From an uncultured Pelagibacteraceae bacterium (GTDB lineage Bacteria; Pseudomonadota; Alphaproteobacteria; Pelagibacterales; Pelagibacteraceae): DNA of 64,000 nucleotides. The number at the start of each line of letters is the position of its first letter. Position 1 is the stretch's first letter. A model generated the notes under the pieces. That model ran no database searches. It saw only the letters and a list, made by a program, of their open reading frames with translations, and was not told the DNA's origin. The stretch is taken from assembly GCA_902605865.1 (NCBI GenBank), contig CACLEJ010000001.1, positions 44,903-108,902 of the forward strand, read 5' to 3'. Shown one piece after another: positions 46,947 through 56,726 of the stretch. The position numbers and the translations under genes are program-made.

Positions 46947-47420
46947 ATGAAACTATATAAGATTCAAAAGTCTGATATTGATAAAAAAGGTAAAGGACTT
47001 TACGCCACAAGAGATATAAAGGAAGGTGAAAAAATAATAGATTATATTGGTAAATTAATTACCAAAAAACAAACTGAGAATTCTGACAAATACGATAACA
47101 GTAAGCCAATATATTTATTTACAGTAAATAAAAGATATGATCTCGATGGGGATTTCCCATGGAATACAGCTGGCCTAATAAATCACGCATGTGAAAATAA
47201 TTGTGATTACGATGGTAAGGGGCTTAAAATTTGGGTTAAAGCTATAAAAGATATTAAAAAAGGCGAGGAATTAACTTGTGACTATGGATTTGGTTATGAC
47301 AAAGATTACAAACAATTTCCTTGTAAATGTAAGTCAAAAAATTGTTGTGGTTATATTGTAAGAGCAGAATCAAGGTGGAGAATTAATAAAAAATTCTCAA
47401 TGGGTAATAGGAAAAATTAG
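46947..47420 (+). CDS. SET-domain protein (putative protein-lysine methyltransferase) with post-SET Cys cluster
   Basis: 157 aa with GKGLYATRDIKEGEKI, NHACENNC, ELTCDYGF and CKCKSKNCCG motifs. Confidence 0.85.
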   Translation: MKLYKIQKSDIDKKGKGLYATRDIKEGEKIIDYIGKLITKKQTENSDKYDNSKPIYLFTVNKRYDLDGDFPWNTAGLINHACENNCDYDGKGLKIWVKAIKDIKKGEELTCDYGFGYDKDYKQFPCKCKSKNCCGYIVRAESRWRINKKFSMGNRKN

Positions 47421-48157
47421 TATAAAACTTTTTTTAAAAATAATCCTTCCGCTGGTGCTGGCGGTGCACATAAATTTCTATTTTTGGATTTAATTACACT
47501 TGTAAATTTTTTTAATGTCCACTTTTTTTCACCAACATATTTTAAACAACCAACCATTGACCTAACTTGTTGTTTTAAAAATGATTGAGATCTAAAATTT
47601 AATTCAATTTTGTTTTTTGTCTTTTTAATTTTAACTGATTTAATTGATCTTATTGGGCTCTTTGCATTACATCCAGATGCTCTAAAAGTTGAAAAATCAT
47701 GAGTTCCAATTAACTTTTTTGCTGCTTTTTTCATTATCTCTAATTCGAGATTTTTAATAACAAACCAACCTCGCTTATTTTGAAGGATCGGTTTACTTAA
47801 TTGATTGAAAATAACATATTTATAAACTCTCTCTTTTGCAGAAAAACGTGCATGAAATTTCATATTTTTTCTTTTGATTTTTAAAATGGCTATTTCGTAT
47901 TTATTTAAAAAATAATTAATTGATTTTAAAAATTTATTTAAATTTTGGATTTTTTCAGTGGTATCAAAATGTGCAGATTGCTCAATTGCATGAACACCCG
48001 AATCTGTTCTTCCTGAGCCAATAAGTGTAATTTTTTCACTTAAAAGATTAGAGATTTTTTTTTGAATTAATCCTTGTATAGTTTTACCTTTTGTTTGTAC
48101 TTGCCAGCCTATGAAAGAAGTTCCCACATATTCTATTAGAATTTGATATCTGAACAT
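47417..48157 (-). CDS. truA: tRNA pseudouridine(38-40) synthase
   Basis: 246 aa with GSGRTDSGVHA (catalytic Asp). Forms the truA-fmt-def string. Confidence 0.92.
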   Translation of the reverse strand: MFRYQILIEYVGTSFIGWQVQTKGKTIQGLIQKKISNLLSEKITLIGSGRTDSGVHAIEQSAHFDTTEKIQNLNKFLKSINYFLNKYEIAILKIKRKNMKFHARFSAKERVYKYVIFNQLSKPILQNKRGWFVIKNLELEIMKKAAKKLIGTHDFSTFRASGCNAKSPIRSIKSVKIKKTKNKIELNFRSQSFLKQQVRSMVGCLKYVGEKKWTLKKFTSVIKSKNRNLCAPPAPAEGLFLKKVLY

Positions 48158-48159
48158 GT

Positions 48160-49080
48160 TTAATTCAAATCAGTGCCTTTAGTAATTTGGCTACCGCGTA
48201 GAAATTCCTTAGTTTTTTGAACTGTTTTACCTTGTCTTTGTATCTCAATAATCTTTATTGAATTTTCACCACAACCAATTTCAAAATTATCTGATAAGAC
48301 ATATCCTGATTTTCCACTTAAAATTGATTTTTCTGCTCTTAGTATCTTGTATCTTTCCCCTTTAAATTCAAACCAACCTCCTGGATTAGGATATAGACCA
48401 TTAATTTTTCCTATTATTTTTAAATTACTATCCTCCCAATTTATTTTTCCTTCTTCTTTTTTAATTTTTTTTGCATATGTAGATTTACTATGATCTTGTT
48501 CTTTAAAATGTGCTTTGTTATCAAATATATCATCAATATTTTGTAGTATTTTTTCAGATGCTAAATTACTTAATCTTTGAGATAAATCCTCAGTATTTTC
48601 ATTTTCTAAAATATTTATTGAATATTGATTACAGACGGGACCAGAATCTAAACCCTCATTAATTTTCATTATAGAAATACCTGTTGATGTTTCATTTTCC
48701 ATAATTGCTCTTTGAATGGGAGCTGCACCTCGTAATTTTGGTAAAAGTGAATAATGAATATTTATCCATCCATATTTTGGAATTTCTAAAATATCTTTTT
48801 TAAGAATCTGCCCGTAAGCAACAACGATACCTAAACTAATATTTTGTTTATGAAGAAAGTTTTTTTCCTCGGTATTATCTAATACAGTTGGAGTTCTGAC
48901 AGGAATATTTAATATTTCAGCCATTATATGAACGGGTGACTTATTTAATCTGTGTCCTCTATTTGATGCTACAGGTGGTTGAGTATAAACGACCTCAATA
49001 TCAAAACCATTTTGATACAATGATTTGAGTATTTGCCCAGAAATGGTGGGAGTACCCATGAAAGCAATTTTTTTGCTCAT
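48160..49080 (-). CDS. fmt: Methionyl-tRNA formyltransferase
   Basis: 306 aa with IAFMGTP and NIHYSLLPKLRGAAPIQ motifs. Confidence 0.93.
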   Translation of the reverse strand: MSKKIAFMGTPTISGQILKSLYQNGFDIEVVYTQPPVASNRGHRLNKSPVHIMAEILNIPVRTPTVLDNTEEKNFLHKQNISLGIVVAYGQILKKDILEIPKYGWINIHYSLLPKLRGAAPIQRAIMENETSTGISIMKINEGLDSGPVCNQYSINILENENTEDLSQRLSNLASEKILQNIDDIFDNKAHFKEQDHSKSTYAKKIKKEEGKINWEDSNLKIIGKINGLYPNPGGWFEFKGERYKILRAEKSILSGKSGYVLSDNFEIGCGENSIKIIEIQRQGKTVQKTKEFLRGSQITKGTDLN

Positions 49081-49601
49081 TAAACAATAATTCTATCAGG
49101 AGGATTTTTTCTTTTTGATAATTTTTTAACAATCATTGTTTTTTTCAATTTTGATAAGTAGTCTATAAATAAAATTCCTTCAAGATGATCCATTTCGTGC
49201 TGTATACAAGTTGCAAGGAGCCCATCAGCTTTTAAAATTTTATTTTCTCCATTGTAATCTAAATATTCAACCTCACAATATTTAGGTCTATCAACTTCTG
49301 CAAAATAATCTGGGACGGATAAACATCCCTCCTCATATGTTGTTTTATCTTTATCTTTGTTTTTAATTATTGGATTTACAAAATACATTGGATTTTTTTC
49401 CCCATTTTTTGAAATATCCATCACTATAATCCTTTTGGGGATACCAATTTGAATTGCTGCTAATCCAATACCATTAGCCGCATACATTGTTTCCAACATG
49501 TCATCCATTAACTTTCTTTCTTCATTACCCACTGTTTGTACTGGTTTCGAGACTTGTCTTAAAATCTCGTTAGGTTCAGTTATAATTGGTTTTATTGTCA
49601 T
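49080..49601 (-). CDS. def: Peptide deformylase
   Basis: 173 aa with GIGLAAIQIG, EGCLS and QHEMDH motifs. Confidence 0.95.
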   Translation of the reverse strand: MTIKPIITEPNEILRQVSKPVQTVGNEERKLMDDMLETMYAANGIGLAAIQIGIPKRIIVMDISKNGEKNPMYFVNPIIKNKDKDKTTYEEGCLSVPDYFAEVDRPKYCEVEYLDYNGENKILKADGLLATCIQHEMDHLEGILFIDYLSKLKKTMIVKKLSKRKNPPDRIIV

Positions 49602-49617
49602 GATTGTTAGAAGTATT

Positions 49618-51372
49618 TTAAACTTTTAATGGAAGAATTTCCAACAATAGTTCGTTTCTTAAGCTAATTAATTTTGTTCTATTCATAGTTTCAATTACAA
49701 AATTTAGTGACTCACTATTTAATTCATTCAATTCTTTTTCACCAATAATTTCAACTAATTTTAATAGTATCATGCCTGACTCATTATTCTCTATCATTTT
49801 GTCAATTTCGGAATTTAATTCAGATTTATATTGAGAGAGTTCATCAATTTGATCTATTTGAATTCCATCTGCTCTCAATGATTGTAATAATACAACATCT
49901 TTAAAGTTAAAAGAGTATTTCTTATCTTTTTTCATCTTTGACAACAAATTGTCAGTTAATTTTTGTGTTTTAGGTAAGCTTTGCTTATTCAAAAAATAAT
50001 TTAATACTTTTGATTGATGAAAAACTTCATTATTAAACTTAATTTTATTTTTTCTATTTTCTTCAGTAATTAAATTAGTTTGGTAGAAATCAGAAAACTT
50101 TACAGGAATTTCTTTTTTATCCATTTTTTTTAGCAACTTAGATAATTCATCGTCAAATGATTTTTTATAATTTGAGTTTTCAAAGGAATTATTCAATTTT
50201 GATAATAATGAAAGTTTATTTTCAAGATTATCTGTTAGTAAAAACCTCTGATACATCAGAGCTCTTCTTTCATAATCTGGTAAGCTTTTTAATGCATCCT
50301 CATAGTTAATAAGTTCATCAATCTTAAATTGAAATTTTTTGTACAAATTCAATAGATCTTTTTCATCAAAAATACCTTCACTGGTTGCTTTTTCTAAAAA
50401 ATTTACTTGATCAATATCACTAAGATTAAAATCATTTAGATTTTTAAGTAAATTCGAGCTAGATAAATATTTCCAAATAAATTCTTCAGACTCTACGGAC
50501 GGATAGTATAAAAATTTCTTGTCTGTTTTGTGAGATAAATGAAAATAAAGAACATTTTCATCAGACAATATAAAATTATTGTCTTCATATCCCATTAATA
50601 CTTCAAACTTTTTAACAAAAAAATCATTCAAAGTATCTAGCTCAGATTTAAGATCAAACAACAGCTGAGCCTCATCTTTTTTATTCTGAGTTATTAAGCA
50701 ATAAATTTTAAAATATGTTAAGTATTCATCAGTTATTAAACTCAATCTATCAATAGCAGAACATGAATTTTCTATTTTGTTTAATGACAAATAGTAATCA
50801 GCTACATGTTTTATGAGTCTTTCTTTGTCTTTGATTGATGAATTTTTTTGAATAAATTCCTCAACTAAGGCAAAATCTTTTTTTTTAATTAGGTGATCAA
50901 GTGTGAAATTTTCGAATTCATGTAATGAAAAGTTTTGATTTGGTACATAGGAGTTTGTTAATAATGCTACATCCATTAATCTTTCAGAGAAATTTGATAA
51001 TTTTTTAGACTGTATTCTTTCAAGTAACTTTTTAATTTCTATTCCATCTGTTTTTGACCACATATTAAGGTCTAGATCATTTTCATCAGGGTCAAATAAC
51101 CCAGCCAACAAAATATTAGAATTATCTAAACTTTGGTCTACTAAAATGTTTTCATCCAAAAGTTTTACTTTTATACCATCAGGTTGGATTACATCACTAG
51201 AGTTATCAACATTATTATTTGATTGATTATTGGCAGCCTCTTTGTTTTCTATCTCAGACCAAATCTCTTTAATTTCCTCTGTCTGAGCAGATTGAGCTAA
51301 AAACAAAAAAGATGCAAAAATTAATATCTTACTTAATTGTTTTGAAGTTTTCATTTGGTAAAATTTTTTCAA
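49618..51372 (-). CDS. Hypothetical secreted or periplasmic alpha-helical protein
   Basis: 584 aa with an N-terminal signal-like segment (ILIFASFLFLAQSAQT). The remainder is helical and repeat-like, and no family was recognised. Confidence 0.6.
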   Translation of the reverse strand: MKKFYQMKTSKQLSKILIFASFLFLAQSAQTEEIKEIWSEIENKEAANNQSNNNVDNSSDVIQPDGIKVKLLDENILVDQSLDNSNILLAGLFDPDENDLDLNMWSKTDGIEIKKLLERIQSKKLSNFSERLMDVALLTNSYVPNQNFSLHEFENFTLDHLIKKKDFALVEEFIQKNSSIKDKERLIKHVADYYLSLNKIENSCSAIDRLSLITDEYLTYFKIYCLITQNKKDEAQLLFDLKSELDTLNDFFVKKFEVLMGYEDNNFILSDENVLYFHLSHKTDKKFLYYPSVESEEFIWKYLSSSNLLKNLNDFNLSDIDQVNFLEKATSEGIFDEKDLLNLYKKFQFKIDELINYEDALKSLPDYERRALMYQRFLLTDNLENKLSLLSKLNNSFENSNYKKSFDDELSKLLKKMDKKEIPVKFSDFYQTNLITEENRKNKIKFNNEVFHQSKVLNYFLNKQSLPKTQKLTDNLLSKMKKDKKYSFNFKDVVLLQSLRADGIQIDQIDELSQYKSELNSEIDKMIENNESGMILLKLVEIIGEKELNELNSESLNFVIETMNRTKLISLRNELLLEILPLKV

Positions 51373-51511
51373 TTTTTTTATTTGGAGCAGGAAAATTAAT
51401 CTGATTAATTAGAATAAAGCCAAATACAATTATGATAGCAGCGATTATAACTTTTGAAATTGTCCCAAAACTAAAAATTTTGTCTTTACTTGTTTTTTTT
51501 GTAAATTGCAT
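51329..51511 (-). CDS. Hypothetical small single-pass membrane protein
   Basis: Start taken at MQFTKKTSKDK (51511), with TM helix VIIAAIIIVFGFILI. The 3' end overlaps the start of the 584-aa gene. The longer 51568 start would abut the aroK start. Confidence 0.35.
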   Translation of the reverse strand: MQFTKKTSKDKIFSFGTISKVIIAAIIIVFGFILINQINFPAPNKKIEKILPNENFKTIK

Positions 51512-51566
51512 ATAATTTAATAATTTCAAAATAAGACATATTTGTGTTTTTTCAATATAGAAACTC

Positions 51567-52079
51567 ATGAAATCAAATAAAAATATTGTGTTAATTGGAA
51601 TGATGGGATCTGGAAAATCTTCAATTGGTAAAATTTTGTCAAAAAGATTAAAACTAACTTTTATTGATATTGATCAAAAAATTGAAGAAACAGAGGGTTA
51701 TAAAATATCAGAAATTTTTACTAAGTATGGAGAGAATTATTTTCGTAAAATTGAGGAAAAAATATCTTTGAAATTTCTTAGTTCAGAAAATTCTATAATA
51801 TCTTTAGGTGGAGGAGGTTTTATAAATGCCTCAATCAGAAAAATGTGTAAGAAAAATTGTTTATCTTTTTGGCTGGATTGGAAAAATGAAACGATAATAA
51901 AAAGGATATATAAGAGTAAGAAAAGACCATTAGCAATAAATCTTACTAAGGATCAAATTAACAATTTAATAAAAGAAAGATCAAAATTTTATAGCTTGTC
52001 GAGTCACAGAATTAGTTGTGATAAATTAGACAAAGTTGAAATTATAAATAAGATATTGGATATTTATGAATACAAATAA
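51567..52079 (+). CDS. aroK: Shikimate kinase
   Basis: 170 aa with a GMMGSGKSS P-loop, adjacent to aroB. Confidence 0.92.
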   Translation: MKSNKNIVLIGMMGSGKSSIGKILSKRLKLTFIDIDQKIEETEGYKISEIFTKYGENYFRKIEEKISLKFLSSENSIISLGGGGFINASIRKMCKKNCLSFWLDWKNETIIKRIYKSKKRPLAINLTKDQINNLIKERSKFYSLSSHRISCDKLDKVEIINKILDIYEYK

Positions 52080-53169
52080 AATTTCGATTAAAACAAAAAC
52101 TAAGAACTACTCAATTATAATTGGAAGAGATTTAATAGATAAAATTGATAAAATTTTAAAAGCTAATCATCTAAAATTCGATAAATGTTTAATAGTTACA
52201 GACAAAAATATTCCTCACAAATTTAAAGGACTTTTATATAAAAAGTTAAAAACAAAAAAACTTTTTAAGATAGAAATAACTGCATCAGAAAAAAATAAAA
52301 ATTATCGAACAATTGAAAAAATTCACACAGTTTTATTTGAAAAAAGGTTTAATAGAGAAGATTGTGTTATTTCTTTTGGTGGTGGAATTATTGGAGATAT
52401 AGTTGGATTCGCAGCTAGCACATTTAAAAGAGGAATGAAATTTATAAATATTCCATCAACCTTACTGTCTCAAGTGGACTCATCCATAGGAGGAAAAACA
52501 GGTGTAAATAATAAATTTGGAAAAAATTTGATCGGAAGTTTTTATCAACCTGATTTAGTTGTTTCCGATATGAATATTTTAGACTCTTTGCCTGAAAGAG
52601 AAATTATTTGTGGATATGCTGAAATATTAAAAAGTAGTATTATTGATAATTTTAATAATTTTCTTTATTTAGACAGAAATCTAAAAAAAATTTTGAAATT
52701 AAAATCGCCTTTTATTGAAAGATCCATAATTAAAAGCTGTAATTTAAAAAAAAGAGTTGTAGAAAAAGATGAGAACGAGAAAAACTACAGAAAGGTATTA
52801 AATTTAGGTCATACCTTTGCTCATTCTTATGAGTCTACTTTAGGTTTTTCTAAAAAATTAAATCATGGGGAAGCTGTAATTTTAGGCATTAAAAATGCAA
52901 TAGAATTCAGTTTTAAAAGAAGAATTTTATCGAAGCAAAAATTTAATATTATCTTAAACCATATTAATAAAATTGAGATGAAACCAAAAATTAAAAAATT
53001 ATTTAAAAAAAAACATATATCTAAAATTATGAATTATATGAAAAACGATAAGAAAAATAATTCAAATAATATTAATCTAATTTTATTAAAAGATTTTGGA
53101 AAGATAATAGTCGACTTTCAGATCAGTCCGTCAAATTTAAAAAGATATATTTCTAACAGTTTAAAGTAA
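52066..53169 (+). CDS. aroB: 3-dehydroquinate synthase
   Basis: 367 aa with FGGGIIGDIVGF, VDSSIGGKTGVN and LNLGHTFAH motifs. Confidence 0.92.
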   Translation: MNTNKISIKTKTKNYSIIIGRDLIDKIDKILKANHLKFDKCLIVTDKNIPHKFKGLLYKKLKTKKLFKIEITASEKNKNYRTIEKIHTVLFEKRFNREDCVISFGGGIIGDIVGFAASTFKRGMKFINIPSTLLSQVDSSIGGKTGVNNKFGKNLIGSFYQPDLVVSDMNILDSLPEREIICGYAEILKSSIIDNFNNFLYLDRNLKKILKLKSPFIERSIIKSCNLKKRVVEKDENEKNYRKVLNLGHTFAHSYESTLGFSKKLNHGEAVILGIKNAIEFSFKRRILSKQKFNIILNHINKIEMKPKIKKLFKKKHISKIMNYMKNDKKNNSNNINLILLKDFGKIIVDFQISPSNLKRYISNSLK

Positions 53170-53421
53170 TTTAATTTGTAGTGAATGAATATAATTTTTT
53201 AATTCTTTATCTAAAATTTTATAAATAAACCTTGTTGAGTATATCTTACTTTTATTCTTTAACTCATCAGACTCAATAGAAAGAACAATATGAAATTTTC
53301 CATTTTCATTAGATTTGTGATTTTTGTGTAGAAAGGACTTATCCTCTATATAAACTTTTGAAATACAATCCTGCGACAAAATTTTTTTTTCAACAGTTTC
53401 AATTAGTTGATTAATATTCAT
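53161..53421 (-). CDS. bolA: BolA family protein
   Basis: 86 aa with a BolA-like layout (FHIVLSIESDELKNKSKIYSTR...IHSLQIK). Confidence 0.75.
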   Translation of the reverse strand: MNINQLIETVEKKILSQDCISKVYIEDKSFLHKNHKSNENGKFHIVLSIESDELKNKSKIYSTRFIYKILDKELKNYIHSLQIKLL

Positions 53422-53441
53422 ATGATAAAGTATTATATACC

Positions 53442-53975
53442 ATGAAAAATATTTGTGACTGGAATAATTGTTCAGAGGAAGGTCTTTTTAAAGCACCTAA
53501 AGAAAGAGATAATAGCAAAGATTATAGGTTACTATGCTTAAACCATGTAAAAGAATTTAATAAAAGTTGGAATTATTTTACAGGCATGAGTGATCAACAA
53601 ATAATTGATTTTTTAAGGTCTGATATGACTTGGCATAAACCAACGCAAAGTTTTAGTTCATCTGATAATTTTTTCAAAGTTCTTTGGAGTAATGCTTTAA
53701 AAGATGAGATGGATAAATTTAAATTTAATAATGATTTTAATAATATGAATAAATTTAAATTTAATAACAATGATTTAAAAGCCTTTAATATATTAGGGAT
53801 TAGTGTTGGATTAAAATGGGAAAAAGTTCAAGAAAAATTTAAAAAGCTTGTCAAAAAATTTCACCCTGATATGAATTCTGGAAATAAAAAATTTGAAGAC
53901 AAGCTTAAAGTAATAACTTTAGCTTATACTCAATTAAAAAACACTTATAAGGATAAAATTGACGCCAAATATTAG
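53442..53975 (+). CDS. J-domain protein
   Basis: 177 aa with an N-terminal Cys/His region and a C-terminal J domain containing HPD (FKKLVKKFHPDMN). Confidence 0.8.
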   Translation: MKNICDWNNCSEEGLFKAPKERDNSKDYRLLCLNHVKEFNKSWNYFTGMSDQQIIDFLRSDMTWHKPTQSFSSSDNFFKVLWSNALKDEMDKFKFNNDFNNMNKFKFNNNDLKAFNILGISVGLKWEKVQEKFKKLVKKFHPDMNSGNKKFEDKLKVITLAYTQLKNTYKDKIDAKY

Positions 53976-54933
53976 CCACACCCCTGACATTAAGTTATCT
54001 ATTAAACAAACTTTTGGTATCGAAAGTGACATGGAAGTTGATGCATTTTCAAAATCAAGTGAGTACGTCCCAGAAATTGATAAAACTTATAAGTTCGATA
54101 AAGATACAACATTGGCTATTTTGTCAGGATTTTCTTTTAACAAAAGAGTTTTAATTCAAGGATATCATGGAACTGGTAAATCAACGCATATCGAACAAAT
54201 TGCTGCGAGATTAAATTGGCCCTGTATAAGAATTAATCTTGATAGCCATGTTAGTAGGATTGACTTGATAGGAAAAGACTCAATAGTAATTAAGGATGGT
54301 AAACAAATCACTGAATTTAAAGAAGGAATACTACCTTGGTCAATTCAAAATCCTGTGGCCCTGGTTTTTGATGAATATGACGCTGGAAGACCAGATGTAA
54401 TGTTCGTTATTCAGAGAGTACTCGAGTCAGAAGGTAGCTTTACTTTATTAGATAAAAATAAAGTTATTAAACAAAATAAATTTTTTAGGCTTTTTGCAAC
54501 AACAAATACTGTAGGGTTAGGTGATACGACAGGATTATATCACGGGACACAACAAATTAATCAAGGTCAAATGGATAGATGGAATATTGTATCCACGTTA
54601 AACTATCTTAGTTTAGATAAAGAAATGGAAATTATTTTAGGTAAAAATAAAAATTTAAACAATCCCAAAGGTAAAGAACAAGTTTCAAACATGATAAAAG
54701 TTGCTTCACTTACAAGAAAAGGTTTTATGGCAGGTGATATATCTACAGTAATGAGTCCCAGAACAGTTTTACATTGGGCAGAAAATTCTGAAATTTTTAA
54801 AGATATTGGATATGCATTTAGAGTAACATTTTTAAACAAATGTGATGATGCTGAGAAAAATACTATTGCCGAATATTATCAAAGATGTTTTGGGGATGAG
54901 CTGCCAGAATCAATGATCAATATTCAAATTTGA
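53959..54933 (+). CDS. cobS: CobS-like AAA+ (MoxR-class) ATPase
   Basis: TTG start. Motifs [45 protein letters not shown] and [17 protein letters not shown]. Confidence 0.88.
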   Translation: MTPNISHTPDIKLSIKQTFGIESDMEVDAFSKSSEYVPEIDKTYKFDKDTTLAILSGFSFNKRVLIQGYHGTGKSTHIEQIAARLNWPCIRINLDSHVSRIDLIGKDSIVIKDGKQITEFKEGILPWSIQNPVALVFDEYDAGRPDVMFVIQRVLESEGSFTLLDKNKVIKQNKFFRLFATTNTVGLGDTTGLYHGTQQINQGQMDRWNIVSTLNYLSLDKEMEIILGKNKNLNNPKGKEQVSNMIKVASLTRKGFMAGDISTVMSPRTVLHWAENSEIFKDIGYAFRVTFLNKCDDAEKNTIAEYYQRCFGDELPESMINIQI

Positions 54934-56726
54934 TGAATAAAGAAGATAGTATTAAAGAGAAATTCAAACAAGCCCTTCAATCTACCTACAAAGTAATTTC
55001 AGATGACTATAAAGTTGTTAAAAATAGAAAAAATGATGAAAAAGTTTATGATATTGGGGAAATTGACAATATTAACGATAAAAATCAATTTAAAAAACTA
55101 AGGGCTGAAACAGATTCTGAGGCTTTAAAAAGAAGATTTTCAAACAAAGAGTTATTAGATAAAAATAAACCACAAAATCCCTCGTGTAGAACACTCTACC
55201 AGCTTGCAGAAAAGGTAAGGTATGAATTAATTGGTTCAGAGATGCTAAAAGGAATTTCCAAAAACTTTAAAGACAATTATAAAAATAGACTTCAACAACT
55301 TAAACAAGAAAAAATAACAAAAAAAGAAGATACGAATATTATTGATGCTTTTGAAATTTATATGACAAACAAGTTTTTTAATGTCGAATTGTACCCAGAA
55401 AATAAAGAAATTCTTAAATTTTGGGAGAAAGATTTTAATAAGTCAATAGACAAACATTTTGAATTTTTAAACCAAAATCTAGAAAATCAAGAAGTGTATA
55501 ATGCTAAATTTTCTGAAATTTTAGAAAATATGGATATATTTGAAAATGATGACAAAACTGAAAAAGAAAATGAAGAAAATGATGATACGCAAGATCAAAA
55601 TAATTCTAATAACAATGATGAGAAAGATAATAATGACTCTAGCAAAACAAGTGAGGATGAAAATATAAGCCAGGGAATAGATAGCGAGGATGACGTAAAT
55701 GAGTTTAGACTTGAAGATCAACTTGGTAGTGAAAATAACGAGGATAGAGAGTCAGAAAATGTAATTCAAAAAAAAAATTTAAGTATAAGCGATAAAGAAT
55801 ACAAAATATTTACTACTGAATTTGATGAAGTTGCTAAAGCAGAAAGTCTAGACTCAGCTGAGGAAATTCAAAAGCTTAGAAAAAATTTAGACCAACAACT
55901 TACAAGTTTTCAAGATTTAATTACCAAGTTAGCAAATAAATTACAAAGACAATTAATGGCAAAACAAAATCGATCATGGGAATTTGATCTAGAAGAGGGA
56001 CTGTTAGATAGTTCAAAATTACCCAGAATTATTATTGATCCATATAATTCCTTATCATTTAAAAAAGAGAAAGATTTAGACTTTAAAGATACTATTGTAA
56101 CACTTTTAATTGATAACTCTGGGTCGATGAGAGGTAGGCCAATAACAATAGCTGCAATATGTGCTGATATTTTATCAAGAACCTTAGAAAGATGTTCGGT
56201 TAAAGTAGAAATACTCGGTTTTACAACGAAAAATTGGAAAGGTGGTAAAAGTCGCCAAGAGTGGAATAGATTAGGTAAAACGAAAAATCCTGGAAGACTT
56301 AATGATTTAAGACATATAATTTACAAAGGTGCGGATTCTCATTGGAGACAATCAAAAAAAAATTTGGGATTGATGCTAAAAGAGGGGTTATTAAAAGAAA
56401 ATATAGATGGTGAAGCTATAACGTGGGCATTTAATAGATTAAAAAAAAGAAAAGAAGAAAGAAAAATCCTAATGGTCATTTCAGATGGAGCACCAGTCGA
56501 CGACTCAACTCTATCAGTTAATTCAGGAGATTTTTTAGAAAAAAATTTAAAAAAAATTGTTAAATTTATTGAAAATAAAAGCGAGGTAGAAATATTAGCT
56601 ATAGGAATTGGTCATGATGTGTCCAGATATTATAAAAAAGCTATCAAAATTTCTGATGTTCAAGAACTAGGAGATGTAATGATTGATCAATTAAGTGGAC
56701 TATTTGAAAACAAAAAGCTTCACTAA
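54930..56726 (+). CDS. cobT: CobT-like protein with acidic linker and C-terminal VWA domain
   Basis: 598 aa with a D/E/N-rich central tract and a VWA MIDAS-like LIDNSGSM motif. Located directly after cobS. Confidence 0.85.
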   Translation: MMNKEDSIKEKFKQALQSTYKVISDDYKVVKNRKNDEKVYDIGEIDNINDKNQFKKLRAETDSEALKRRFSNKELLDKNKPQNPSCRTLYQLAEKVRYELIGSEMLKGISKNFKDNYKNRLQQLKQEKITKKEDTNIIDAFEIYMTNKFFNVELYPENKEILKFWEKDFNKSIDKHFEFLNQNLENQEVYNAKFSEILENMDIFENDDKTEKENEENDDTQDQNNSNNNDEKDNNDSSKTSEDENISQGIDSEDDVNEFRLEDQLGSENNEDRESENVIQKKNLSISDKEYKIFTTEFDEVAKAESLDSAEEIQKLRKNLDQQLTSFQDLITKLANKLQRQLMAKQNRSWEFDLEEGLLDSSKLPRIIIDPYNSLSFKKEKDLDFKDTIVTLLIDNSGSMRGRPITIAAICADILSRTLERCSVKVEILGFTTKNWKGGKSRQEWNRLGKTKNPGRLNDLRHIIYKGADSHWRQSKKNLGLMLKEGLLKENIDGEAITWAFNRLKKRKEERKILMVISDGAPVDDSTLSVNSGDFLEKNLKKIVKFIENKSEVEILAIGIGHDVSRYYKKAIKISDVQELGDVMIDQLSGLFENKKLH

